A stretch of 57,771 nt of DNA, the filler included, from Sluysia triapertura (lineage: Eukaryota), in the NCBI GenBank assembly GCA_046118255.1. It is 4 parts of 4 records of this genome, joined end to end, with 100 filler letters (N's around TTAATTAATTAA, not from the genome) between each part and the next. Parts side by side here need not be neighbours in the genome. Positions count along the whole stretch, not along the records: positions 1 to 13,321 come from JBJNIA010046569.1; 3 more parts are not named here. One strand, 5' to 3'. The notes beneath the pieces were generated by a model. It was not told where the DNA came from. It saw nothing but the letters and a program-made list of their open reading frames with translations, and made no database searches. The stretch's first letter is position 1, and each line of letters starts with the position of its first letter. The translations under genes and the position numbers were made by a program. Shown one piece after another: positions 1 to 10,740 of this stretch.

Positions 1-72
<72 letters not shown>
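1..72. repeat. (TAT)n microsatellite
   Basis: Perfect TAT trinucleotide run. Confidence 0.97.
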
Positions 73-74
<2 letters not shown>

Positions 75-756
75 GTGGTAACTTACAATCGATTAATAAT
101 ATTATTAATATCAAAATAATATTATGAAAACATCTTCGAGGTTAAATAATCTCGTGGTGCTACCAGCATTAAACAGTGTTTTAAAGGTCTATTAATTTAT
201 TGAGGTATATGTTGATTCGTTGTCTAGAAATATGATTCATGAAGTCGGTGATGATTCAGCGTAGTGGTTTGAAAAGTAATGACTATTTTTATATATTATA
301 CTCTTAAAATTTTTCATAAATGAAATCTATTTTCGATCCATTAAATTTTTGCAATCATACTAGAAATAAAACTTTAATATTTTCAGATGTTAATTGAAAC
401 ACTATATTACGTTGACTACTTTTATAGTCCCATATTAGAAAATATGGGTAAGGTAACCACTTTCGGTGATCGCTTTATCAAATTTTTAATGCCAATTTTC
501 TAGCATGAAGGGAATGACTATGAAATGAAATATTTTTCTGACAATGAACTTCAATAATAATGGTTGATCATTTATGATCATTTAAAGACATTTTTGAGTC
601 CAAATTTCAAAATTCATTCCAGCTGCACATTCAAAAGTCCAATTTATGCAATTAAATCTTTATTTAATTGAAATTCTAAAAAATGCAAAATTCAAAATAA
701 TTCTAAAACAAAATAAGGATTGAGTCAAATAATCAATAAAAACAAAAATAACTAAC

Positions 757-1520
757 CTTCACTTCTAAGCTAGTTTTAACATTGATAGTACTTTTAATTG
801 TTTCTCTTAATTCTTCATTTCGCTTTACATATATAGCATCACTTGCTTTTTTATTCTCCCGAATATCATCGAGATCTTTTTCTAAAGACGTAACTTTCTG
901 TAATAACTCTATCTTTTCATTTTCTAAATTTGAATTCGACGATTCACTTACTTCCACATTCATAGATATTTCATTATTAGTAGAGTTCTCATTCACAATG
1001 TCACTTGAATTAGAATATTTAGAATCATTTTTTAAATGTTTTAATGCAATTGTCAACATTAGTATTTGTTTTTCTTGCATTTGGGCACGTAGTTTATAAT
1101 GATCATTTTCTTTTTTCATATAAATATTCTGATCAGATAATTGTTTTATTTCTTCAACTAAACCGCTATTATTTATATGATCTTCCTCTTGTCTGCTTAA
1201 TTCTTCTAATTGCTTTTGTAAATCATCAATTTCTTTGTGCAACTTGGTATTTTCACTGACAATGTCAGAAATCCGATCCAAAGAAATACCACTATTATCT
1301 AAAGATGATGAATTCGCCAATAAGTTTTTTAATTGATCTTGTAAATTCACCAGTTCCTTTTCGGCTGTTTTCATTTTGGATTCTAACAATAAATTTGAAG
1401 GTGTTTTATTATCTATACTATATTTACATTCCTTTAAATCATTTACTAAAACCAATACACGATTTTTTAATGTTTTATTTTCATTCTCGTATTCGTCAAG
1501 TTTGTAATTAATGTCTGCGA
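757..1520 (-). CDS. Exon encoding a coiled-coil protein of unknown family
   Basis: The open frame extends the 733..1455 ORF upstream to a TTTAG acceptor at 1521-1522 (ADINYKLDEYENENKTLKNRVLVLVND...). It is L/E/K heptad-rich and has an AAG|GTTAGT donor near 756. Confidence 0.65.
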
Positions 1521-1859
1521 CTAAAGTGTTGGTACAAAAGAAAAATTAAAACAAACAGAGAGAGATAAAAAAAGAAATGATAATAATGAAGATGAAAGGA
1601 AAAATAACTATAATAATGATAACAATTATGTGGTGACTATGTTTATTAATATAACAGTTATTATAAAAGTTATTATTTGATATTTATTATACAACAATAA
1701 TGATTATAATTTTTAATACAAGTTTTAATATGATATAAATCGCAATAATAATAATGATAGTTCATGATAGTTAGATGGGATGGTCGTGTTTACTTTTGAA
1801 TGAGTTTAGTAGTTCGTTTAATAGTTTGTGTATGTGTGTAGCGTTTTTAAGCGATGAAT

Positions 1860-1918
1860 TGTGATGAGTTATGGTGAATATTATGTGATGAATTATGGTG
1901 AATATTGCATGACGAGTT
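1860..1918. repeat. 24-bp tandem repeat (~2.5 copies, TGTGATGARTTATGGTGAATATTA)
   Basis: Directly visible. Confidence 0.8.
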
Positions 1919-2399
1919 CCCTACATTGTAGATAATGCAATTGTTGGTATTATCTGTCGTACTCTAAACATAGAGATTGTTAGGATGAGGACTAATGTGT
2001 AAGACATATGTCGACATATTTAAATTCATCTCAAAATCTTTAATAATATTATAAGACTTGTCATAATAAGGTTTTAGATTAAGCATAATTTAAATTGTCC
2101 TTACCGTTAATTTGCCAAGATTTTATTATATATGGATTTTAAATGGCCATTATTAACAAGCAAATTGGTCAGCAACAAGTAATACATAAATTAAAATTTT
2201 GATGATTATACTTAATTTGTTTTCCAGATATGAATAATAAGAATAATTTTATTATAAGTCGGATTTCTGTATATAACAAAATGAATATTGAGATTGTAAT
2301 GTCAATTTGATAATTAAATTCTAAAATTGCTTTCCAAATTTGTGTAATGAATGTTTCATACAAGACAGAATATAAATATAGATTCATATTAGTACATAC

Positions 2400-3324
2400 A
2401 ATCCAAATTAGGCTTTAGCATTTTTATTCCGATTATTTTATCCATGAATTCTGTATCTTGCAGATCATTTATTACATGTTCTGCGTCATTCAAGTTTGAC
2501 ACGGAAATAACCCAAAAAAATGATGGCGATTGAAGAAGTTTATATTCGAATATTTTTACTTTACTTGCATGATCATATTTTCTGAATAAACTACATACAT
2601 CATGAGCTCTAATCCCACTATATAAATTTGATACTCATAAAAATCCCAATTCTTTTTTATCTTTCTTTCCATTAATATCATAATGATTAATGGTTTTTGA
2701 TTCTTGATTATCTTCTTGGTTTTTATTATGAGTATTTCATTGAATTTCGGCAACATCATGAATATAACAATCACCAATTTCATCTTGATTTTGTATTTCG
2801 CTATTAGGTGAAGAGTTTGATGGTGTTTGCATGTTTTTGTCATCTTGAACATTATCGAAATTAATTGAAGATTTTAAAGTAGCTAAAGTCACTGATACTC
2901 GTTATAAGTGTCACAATATTCTTGATACTCCAAATTGTGTTCAGTAGAATTTATGTCACATTCTTTCATTCTAAGAGAAGCATTATACATTTTGGAATAA
3001 ATTGAATGCAACATTTATACTTGCATAATTACTATCAGATTGATTAGAATTTGAAGGTAAATTTGATGACGCATCATTTAGAGTGATACTCTTTTCATCA
3101 CAGAAATTAATTGGACTTTTTGAAATTGTCTTCAATTGCGAATTAGAGACTATGTCAATTGTATTGGATGGAATTGTTATAGATTCTTGGGTATCCAAAT
3201 TCATCGTAACTTCATTTTCATGCAATGAATCTTCTGCCTCTGCTTCAATTTTAGGAGATTTAAGTGTTTCTGTGATTGAGATTACATTTTCTGTTAAATT
3301 ATTTTCTAAATTCTTATCATCCAT
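2400..3324 (-). pseudogene. Disrupted gene: acidic/Ser-rich N-terminus plus a SAFB/SLTM-like RRM
   Basis: Hand translation near 2660-2400 gives GFL*VSNLYSGIRAHDVCSLFRKY...HHFFGL/(fs)VSNLNDAEHVINDLQDTEFMDKIIGIKMLK. This matches the RNP2/RNP1 layout of SAFB-type RRMs (LWVSGL...YGFVTM...CIxHLHxTELHG). It has in-frame TGAs and several frameshifts. Confidence 0.6.
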
Positions 3325-3348
3325 ATTCTTTATTACAGTTTCTGTATT

Positions 3349-3445
3349 TGTTAGACTTCATAAAATGGACTGACCGGGGATCAAACCCGGGACCATCGTC
3401 TGTGCAGTCGATTCTCTACCACTGAGCTATCATCCCCGTCTAACA
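3349..3445 (-). mobile_element. tRNA-derived short element with TGTTAGAC/GTCTAACA inverted termini (copy 1, full length)
   Basis: Reverse complement reads TGTTAGAC-GGGGATGATAGCTCAGTGGTAGAG...CCGGGTTTGATCCCCGGTCAGTCCA-TTTTATGAA-GTCTAACA, with A and B boxes. Homologous to copies at 11503, 41522 and 56347. Confidence 0.85.
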
Positions 3446-4266
3446 ATTTCATTTTTAATATATTCAATTGTACTACTTAGCACTTTTTAGGCCTTTTACC
3501 CCAACATATTTTCTATTATCTGATTTGGTTCATTATTTACATCTAATTTAATATTATGTTCTGTATAATTAATAACTGATCCTTTATGAAATTTTCTTGA
3601 GTCTGTAATTTAAGTGAATATGAAACAGTGATAAATGATCTTGAGGTGGACCAAGTGTGATTCTGGAAGACAATGTATTATTATTGAACAAAAGCAAATC
3701 ACTCGAACTAGTAAGTTGGTATGAGTTTTCATCGAGAGGTATTGTATAGACCTTTTACTAACTACGTTTTGAATGACAGACATTGCATAGTGATAGAAGA
3801 AAGATAAAAATAAAAAAATTATGAAAGAGAGTTGTGAGAGAAATTAATGAAGTTAAAGGTGTTAAAAGAAATTCCATTTAGTTTATTGTTATTTTTAAAT
3901 TTTTATTACAAATTTAATGATTTTTTGATGTAGTGAGTGCTTTGGGTGTTGCAAAAAATATGATTTTTAGTGTAGTGTGATGTGTTAAAATTATCACATC
4001 CCACTAGTCCTTACTAATCTATAAAAACAATTAATTTCAACATTATTAGTTATTTCTTATTTACAATTATTGTCACAAATTTGTTTCGATATTTTGATTT
4101 ATATTATGAACACTAATTAAAATGCAAACACTCTCATTTATACTCACAAAAAAACAATGTTTTACAATTTAAGTACAATGATAATACTTCTTTTAAACAA
4201 TAACAAAAGGGCAGAAATTAAATTTATATAAACTAAGATAAAGCAATGTTTCAAAAGTTAAGTACG

Positions 4267-4307
<41 letters not shown>
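4267..4307. repeat. (AAT)n microsatellite
   Basis: Directly visible. Confidence 0.95.
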
Positions 4308-4309
<2 letters not shown>

Positions 4310-5019
4310 AAATATTTATAACAATAGAAGGTAGTCACTCTCTTTCTATTAATTATGTTGCTTTTAACAAATGGATTTTAATGCAGTTTTGTTACTAGCT
4401 TAAGCTAGCATAACAATTAAAAAATTTACGTGGTATTTTATTTCTTCATTAAAAAAGAATAAACCTATTAATTACAAACTTACAAATTTTATTTTATAAA
4501 ACTCGAAAATTTGTAGGACTCTGGAACTTCTTGACTTGCTAGTAAAATTCATTTAGCAGAAAATAAATTTGACCGAAGACAGTATTAAAAAACATATAAA
4601 TTGATGAATTGTCACAAACACAATTTTAAAAAGTATAATTTATGTCTGTTCTGGTTACGATGTTTACTGGTTATTTATATTCTTTTTATTAAAACAGTGT
4701 TATTTTCTCACTTGATTATAAAATTTAAACATTTAAATTTCCAAAATTATTAATTCAAAATTTGAACTAATTATTGTAATGAGTTATTATTAATGTCACT
4801 TTTCATAATAAATAATCTAATTATTATGATAATTATTAACATGGTAATTTTCATAAATAATCTAATTTAAAAATATTTATTGATAAATCATTAATTTAAG
4901 GCTAATGCATATGATTATCCTCATGATATTAAAAATTGTTTAATAAAAATTGTCACTTAATTTTTTATTATTTAAATTTAGTTTTTCACGTCTCAGATAT
5001 CAGATATCTACTGATATAA

Positions 5020-5950
5020 AAAAATCAAGCGCAAGTACACGTGTAAAGAAAGGATATTCTAGTTTGAAATCAACCATTCCCATTCCATTATTTATTAAGA
5101 TATCCTAAGTTTCTAATAATTGATTGTACTTAAGATTAACCATTGTATGTATATTATCAAGATTCACTATGCACGTTTTTTGATAGTCTGTATTTCGACT
5201 CAGACTAATTGATTCGGCATTACTATGTGCAGTTTGAAATGTAACCAAAACAAATTTCTGAAGTCCCGAATCACTAAAAATTTGATATTTAAAAAGTACA
5301 AGTTGTCCTTTTGGGGCATTGCAAGTTTTATCCCACGAATTGGATAAATTGTTTTTGATTTTCGTAGACCTAATTAATGTCCAACTAAGACTGATGGCTC
5401 AAATTTAACTCGTCTTACGCATATGTTTTTTGCATCTGTCAAACCACTTTATAACTACCAGCACCTGCATCAGATGCAAAGGAAGTGCTTGATTTATTAC
5501 TCTGAAATTTCAAATAATCATCTACATCCGGAGTCAAATAGTTTGGTTGATTGAAAAATTCCAACAATAATGAACCACACATAGCAAACTTTTTTGATTT
5601 TTCAATCCATTGTACTCTGACTTTTATTTGAATCACATTCAATAGCACTTGTGTTATAGTTTCAGTATCATGACTATAATTTAAAATATTTTCTAATATT
5701 GCTTTATGAGCACAATGATAATTTCTACCTTCAACTTAAGTACTATTAAATCATAAAATCACATTTTTGTATAATTCATGAAACATGTAACTCGAACATC
5801 TTCTTTATCAAGTAAATTTGTACTGCATTTCAACTCTCAACCCAGAAAATAATAATATATCATTAAGATCAAAGTGATCAGTTTTTGTTACGTATAGTTT
5901 AAATTTTACATATTTATTTATTACATGCATATGATAAAGCTGCATTTTAT
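5020..5950 (-). pseudogene. Decayed Polinton/Maverick/adintovirus-type major capsid protein (PY/hexon-like)
   Basis: Frameshifted blocks in canonical order: DHFDLNDILL; NYHCAHKAILENILNYSHD; RVQWIEKSKKFAMCGSLLLEFFNQPNYLTPDVDDYLKFQ; YKVV..VRRVKFEPSVLVGH*LGLRKSKTIYPIR; PKG. Compare the PY pattern YPYRAYIETLLNY / SKxFxMxGxLHxDxFxQxxYLxxGVD / VRRVKxSPSVxLAH..A.YPI. Confidence 0.8.
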
Positions 5951-6059
5951 ACAAAAACTCGATGAGAAAGACGATCATTATTTATCATTAATTACAGTTT
6001 ACAGTTTTTCGACTTTTTGGTTGATTAGAGGAAATGATACCGCTTCCATACTTGTGGTA

Positions 6060-6313
6060 AGAACTCTTTAGCTTTTTCAACAACAACTGTAATACTTCTT
6101 TTGCTTCGTCCATAGCATTTTTTCATAAGTTCAATTACTGGTGGTTCATTACCTAATGCATCTGTTATTCTACCTAAAAATCATGCAACTCCCTTAATTA
6201 AAGGAAAAGATAGTCTTCCGAATGTTCTTAACCACCCAATACCATATTGTTTCCCAGCAAAATGTGGTAATTCACCACTAATTTGTGGTTGGTTAAACTT
6301 ATATTACTTCCAT
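6060..6313 (-). pseudogene. Decayed Polinton/adintovirus small core protein (pVII/pX-like)
   Basis: QPQISGELPHFAGKQYGIGWLRTFGRLSFPLIKGVA*FLG matches the QxG-LPxFxG-QxGxG-LxxLxRxxxPLxK pattern of the small gene that lies between penton and hexon in these elements. Confidence 0.72.
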
Positions 6314-6339
6314 TTTATTATTTCCTGATTTAACTTTTT

Positions 6340-7190
6340 GAAAGCCTATTCTTTCTATATATCTGTATTGTTTATAGATGTTCATGATCTAGATAAATAA
6401 ATAGCATTTTTTACAGTTACAGTTACTCTATCATGATTTTCAATAATGGTATTTTTTATTTCCAACAAATTAAATTCAAATAAATGTACATATGATTCAT
6501 TATTATTCAGTAAAAGAGAGTTATCTGCTGCATATACTATTTCTTTACCAAATCTATTAAAACTAAATCTTTAAGTTGTAAAACCGTTTTATTATTTCAT
6601 GATTCAACTTTTTGAAAGCATATCATTTCAGATTTAATTGCATCGATAAAAATAGTTTATAAAAATATTTATATTGACTCACATGTATTGATTCAACTTC
6701 AAATTCAGCTTAATATTAAGCGTTTTTTATCATTGGCGAATTGAAAAGGAACATCAATTATAAAATAACCAGCATTCTTGTTTAGAAAATCCAAAATCAA
6801 TATTAAATTTCCAGATGGATAATAATTTTATTTTTGTCAATATAATAATGCTACTTACGTAATAATCCACGTTTTTAGTATCATTTTTTTATTTTCCATA
6901 AAAGCATTAATCAAAATTTCGTTGATCTATTTTTCTGCAATACATGATTTATCAATAAGTTTATTTTTCTCACAAACACATTAATGATAGCGTAAAGTTA
7001 AATTTTGGCCATATTAATTTGTTACTAAATAATATTCTGTTCCACAACTAATTGAAGTTTTGTAGAAGTTATAAGTTATTCGATTAGTACAACTTCCCCT
7101 CTACTGGATTTCGATAATCCACAATTATTTAAATGACTTTATTGAAATCTGTAATTATACATTCATTGATATTGTGAAGAATCTGGAATT
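6340..7190 (-). pseudogene. Decayed Polinton/adintovirus minor capsid protein (PX/penton-like)
   Basis: Blocks RFFTISMN..ITDFN..RNPVEG/EVVLIE (cf. FxxxLxSN..NxxxxF..PxxLxGxWEVxLxEI), YYPSGNLILILDFLN (cf. GxYxxxxxLIxxLN) and NAIYLS..SINNTDI (cf. PxYxPV..IxxIxI). It lies upstream of the core and MCP genes. Confidence 0.6.
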
Positions 7191-7214
7191 ATGCTCAGAT
7201 TCGGATTCGGAATT

Positions 7215-7460
7215 TTGTTGTGGGACATTATGTATAAAAGCTACAACTAAATGTTTGTTTTCCATCAATAATTCAACTTTAGATCTGCAGCATGCAGGAT
7301 CTCTAACGCATAATTAACCGCAGCAGATTTCATGTTATTAAAACGAAATCCAGACCACATTGTTAATATTTACTCATGGCTATTATATTAATTGATCATA
7401 ATTAGAAAGTGAAGTTTTGCCTGTGTTAGCATGAACCACATTAATACAATTGTGAAATCG
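7215..7460 (-). pseudogene. Decayed superfamily-3 helicase fragment (parvovirus NS1-like)
   Basis: HNCINVVHANTGKTSLSN (Walker A-like, 7404-7454), then SGFRFNNMKSAAVNYALE/DP (Walker B-like, ~37 codons downstream, needs one frameshift), then KVELLMENKHLVVAFIHNVPQ (motif B'-like). Confidence 0.5.
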
Positions 7461-7804
7461 CATCATGAATATATTAGTTTCCACTTTTCTCAGACTTTTA
7501 ACATTAAAATTTTTAGGAGCCGTAATCATGATCAACCAGTTTGTCTTATAGTGAAAATCGTTTCACCAATTATTATAAAATTTTACTTTCAACTTTTATT
7601 AATTAATTCTTGTTATATTGATTTTTGAGTTTCTTTTTGTAATCATGCTATGTTTGTTCCAATGAAATATGAATTGGCACAGATGTAACCAATTCACATT
7701 TCACTGCTTTGGCAGTAAAATTTTAATTTTTAATGAGGTGAAGCAATAATTCATTGTTACGTCATTATTATGGCTGGAATTGACGAAGAAATAAATAAAA
7801 AATA

Positions 7805-8085
7805 ATTGATCAAACACTATAAATATTGTTGGAATAAGAATGACGAAGACTGAAACATCTATCGTAATGTTGACGATCCAGAGACCTTTATAAGGTGTTG
7901 AGACCTTGTGGAGACTTGAGATGAATTTGGAAGATCTCTGGAGGCATTAAAGTGCCCTTGTGTTTGTGAACCTTGAGATCACTTGAGACCTTATTGATCT
8001 TTAAGTAATCTTGTGAAGCATTCGAGACCTTTGAGTAATTTAATAAAGTATTTGAAATCTTTAAAACATTTGAGAAATGGAGTAT
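7805..8085 (+). repeat. ~290-bp dispersed repeat with internal ~9-bp periodicity (copy 1)
   Basis: Aligns by eye to the reverse complement of 48730-49030 (shared TATAAGGTGTTGAGACC, GAACCTTGAGAT, CTTTAAGTAAT) and to 37925-38080. Confidence 0.8.
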
Positions 8086-8259
8086 TTGAGGATTTTTAAT
8101 ACTGGCTTATTTTTCTTATAAATCGGAATTCCCGGTACGTTGTTCAAAGAAAGAACGCATCAATAAAAACAGCAAATGAAAAACCTATTCAACCGAATAT
8201 TGTTCCCGTTATCATAGACTTAACTCATGGTAACGATGCTCAGTGGTCAGAGAATGCCA

Positions 8260-9078
8260 ATGCACGAGAAAAAACTTTTCTTTAATGTCGGTTTGTCACT
8301 CAGGCACTTTGTCACTCTGAGGAAGTTTTCCGGACACCACAATACCTATGTTCCGAATATTGTCAGATAGTTGGTTGGAATCATCATGAACATCCCGAGT
8401 TGCCTTCCAGGTCAGTATGGATGGACGATACCTGCAACAATGCCATATTAAAAGAAAATGATGCAAGTTACCTCTCACTTGTATTAGGTACCATATTCTT
8501 TTATGTGCCTAATCCTTGTGAAGCAATGATGAATATGACTAGAATGTTCGGTGATAATGATGAAAAGCAAGATGATGGAAAGGTTGATGAACCTGAAGAA
8601 GATGACGAAAACGATTGTTGATGAAGATCCAGCTGCTCGTGAAAAAGATGTTGGTGGGGATGAATTAGAAGAAGGTTATGGTGATCAAGAAGATGATGAA
8701 GAAAAAGGTGATTGTAAAAATGAAAATCCAGTTTATGAAGAACATAACAATGACGAAGAAGACGATGAAGATGAAAATAATTGTACTGATGAGGAAGATA
8801 ATAATACCAACCATGCTGTTCATACCTCACCTCGGAGGGAACGACATATTGGTGATGTAGCTGCTTGTGAAAAAGAAGACGTTATTCCTGATGAAGACGA
8901 AGATTATAATGAGAGTGATGGTCCAGGTGTGGAAGAAGACGCCATGGAAGAAGATGATGATAACATGGATCATGCTGCTTCAAATTCAACACGAAGAGAA
9001 GAACAACATGGCGATGGAGATTTCGCTGCTCGTGGTTGCCAGACAGTAGTCGTTCCTGTTCCAGTTGTTCCTGATTGA
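8260..9078 (+). pseudogene. Frameshifted coding-like region: MYND-like motif followed by a D/E-rich repetitive tract
   Basis: YLCSEYCQIVGWNHH upstream of and in frame with the 8400..8621 ORF. The acidic ORFs 8400..8621 and 8551..9078 overlap in different frames. Confidence 0.4.
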
Positions 9079-9439
9079 AATGAAGATGGTACTGTGGATG
9101 ACACATAGTCTTACCAGTGCTGCTGCATTTTTGGAACCCAAAGATGGATCTTCAACTGTTGGAGACAAGGGCCCATTGTTAGCAGAAAAATGGATTGAAG
9201 ATAGATCGGCTGTTCGAGTACTCGTTTTTTTAATTTTAATTTTTAATTTTTTTACTCTGCTTGATCTGACCTTTTTTCTGAGCTGTAAATGTGTGCATGA
9301 TGTATTTTTCTTTCATGTAGTCGAAATATTTTTATCATTTTTATCCTCTTTATTATGTTGTTGTTGTCGTGCCCTCTCTTTCCTTCAATCGCAAAATACA
9401 CTTAGGGGCCGGTCCTAGTAATAAGGACCTTTGGCTCTA

Positions 9440-10740
9440 TGAAGATGAAATATAGTCATTCTTCACTTGTTTTCGTTTCCCAGATATTGCTCTTGTTACT
9501 TCCTTGTGTGACCCATACTATAAGAATCCCATTCTTTTCAAACGTTCCATTCTTGGATATCTCCCGGGCTGCCCTACGATTTGTGCAGTAATCTGCATCA
9601 AATTTCATTTTTTTTCTCAGCGCATATGTTCTCTTCTTGACATCAAGAGCACATTTTCCCTTTAAGCTCCAGAACAATTCTTATGACTGTGGAGTCATGC
9701 TTTGTGGGTGTCTAGAGGCCATCGCTTTGCGCCGCATCCTCTTGGATATCGATCCACATGCAATTCGTTTCTTTCTCCCTAAAAAGTCCTGCCTTAACGA
9801 ATTCCAGTCTGCATCTCGACAGACTCGGTTTGGCCCACAAAAGAAGAAAAATGGGCCTGAAGTCCAACATCTCGTCCCACCTAAGAAGGACTACCATCAA
9901 CCTCCGCCAAGAGCAATAGTCCCTCACTGGAACAATGTTAAGCGCACATTCTCCCAAATTGTTAAGGGGACTAACTCTGCGCCAAAATGTACAGATGTCA
10001 AAATCTCATATCCTCTGCACCTAAGCCGCCTAACCCGAAATGTAACAAAGTCACTCTAATATAGCTCCCCTAAGGATGTCGAAACATCCAACCCTAAAGG
10101 TCGCGAGATTCTTTTTCAAAAAAATGAAAATGGAGGAAAATACCATTCCATTATAATAACCTCCACGTCACTCTGAATTATGTTATCAACCCTGCTACGA
10201 AGGTACTGAAATCCTCCATCTATGTAACAAAAGGGTTCACCACTAACAACATCATACTTACCATCGACGAGGACACATTTTTCTGTATAAAATTAAATAA
10301 CATAGAACCTCGGCCTATTAATAATATACCCACACTGACTGATACCGTCGTCTCTCCTATCACTTGTCCCGGTGAGGCTTTGAAAGTGAAACGATTGGCC
10401 ATGTCTTATGTCTGTGCCCTCACAATGTTACGGGTGGTACACTGAAACATAATAAGATACTAGAATGCCTCTCTAGTAAACTTATACAAAAGGCCTTTTC
10501 AGTTAAGAAAGACACACAAACCCCTGTTACTGATGACTACCGAAGACCCGACATTCAGACCCAATCTATCCCAACTCTTTCTCATTGATGTCAAATCACC
10601 CATCGATGAATACGACAAATTTAGAGCGGCCAGGTCTCTTAATATTGCTAAGTACTCTGATCTTAGGGTTTCCCTTGATACCTTTGTAGTGATGGACTCG
10701 GTTCATGGGATCCCGAAAATAACATTCTCTTAAAAAAGTT
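9440..10740 (+). mobile_element. Internally deleted NeSL-like (RLE-type) non-LTR retrotransposon
   Basis: Ulp1/C48 protease motif QNNSYDCGVM (~9670-9700); RT-like YHSIIITS..LLRR..QKGF (~10140-10240); zinc knuckle ETIGHVLCLCP plus KHNKI (10388-10460); RLE motifs RPDI, IDVKSPID..F.AAR..IAKY and GLGSWDPEN (10541-10723). Confidence 0.8.

Noticed and set aside
2630-2640. Non-standard genetic code (TGA=Trp)
   Set aside because: The same locus has frameshifts, and intact exons use TGG for Trp. Ordinary pseudogene decay explains it.
3366-3437. Functional tRNA genes at the four tRNA-like loci
   Set aside because: The anticodon stem does not pair, copies are diverged or truncated, and they share non-tRNA flanks. 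Treated as a mobile element.
3980-4008. Helitron 3' end (GATGTG..CACATC hairpin + CTAG|T)
   Set aside because: The hairpin is AT-rich and too close to CTAG; no matching 5' end or second copy.
8501-8830. His-rich minus-strand ORF and Met/Lys-rich alternative frames
   Set aside because: Shadow frames of the GAT/GAA-rich acidic sequence.
9637-9780. Ulp1-like protease as the virus's adenain
   Set aside because: It is on the opposite strand to the capsid module, is collinear with the RT/RLE motifs, and has the QxNxxDCG C48 signature, so it belongs to the retrotransposon.
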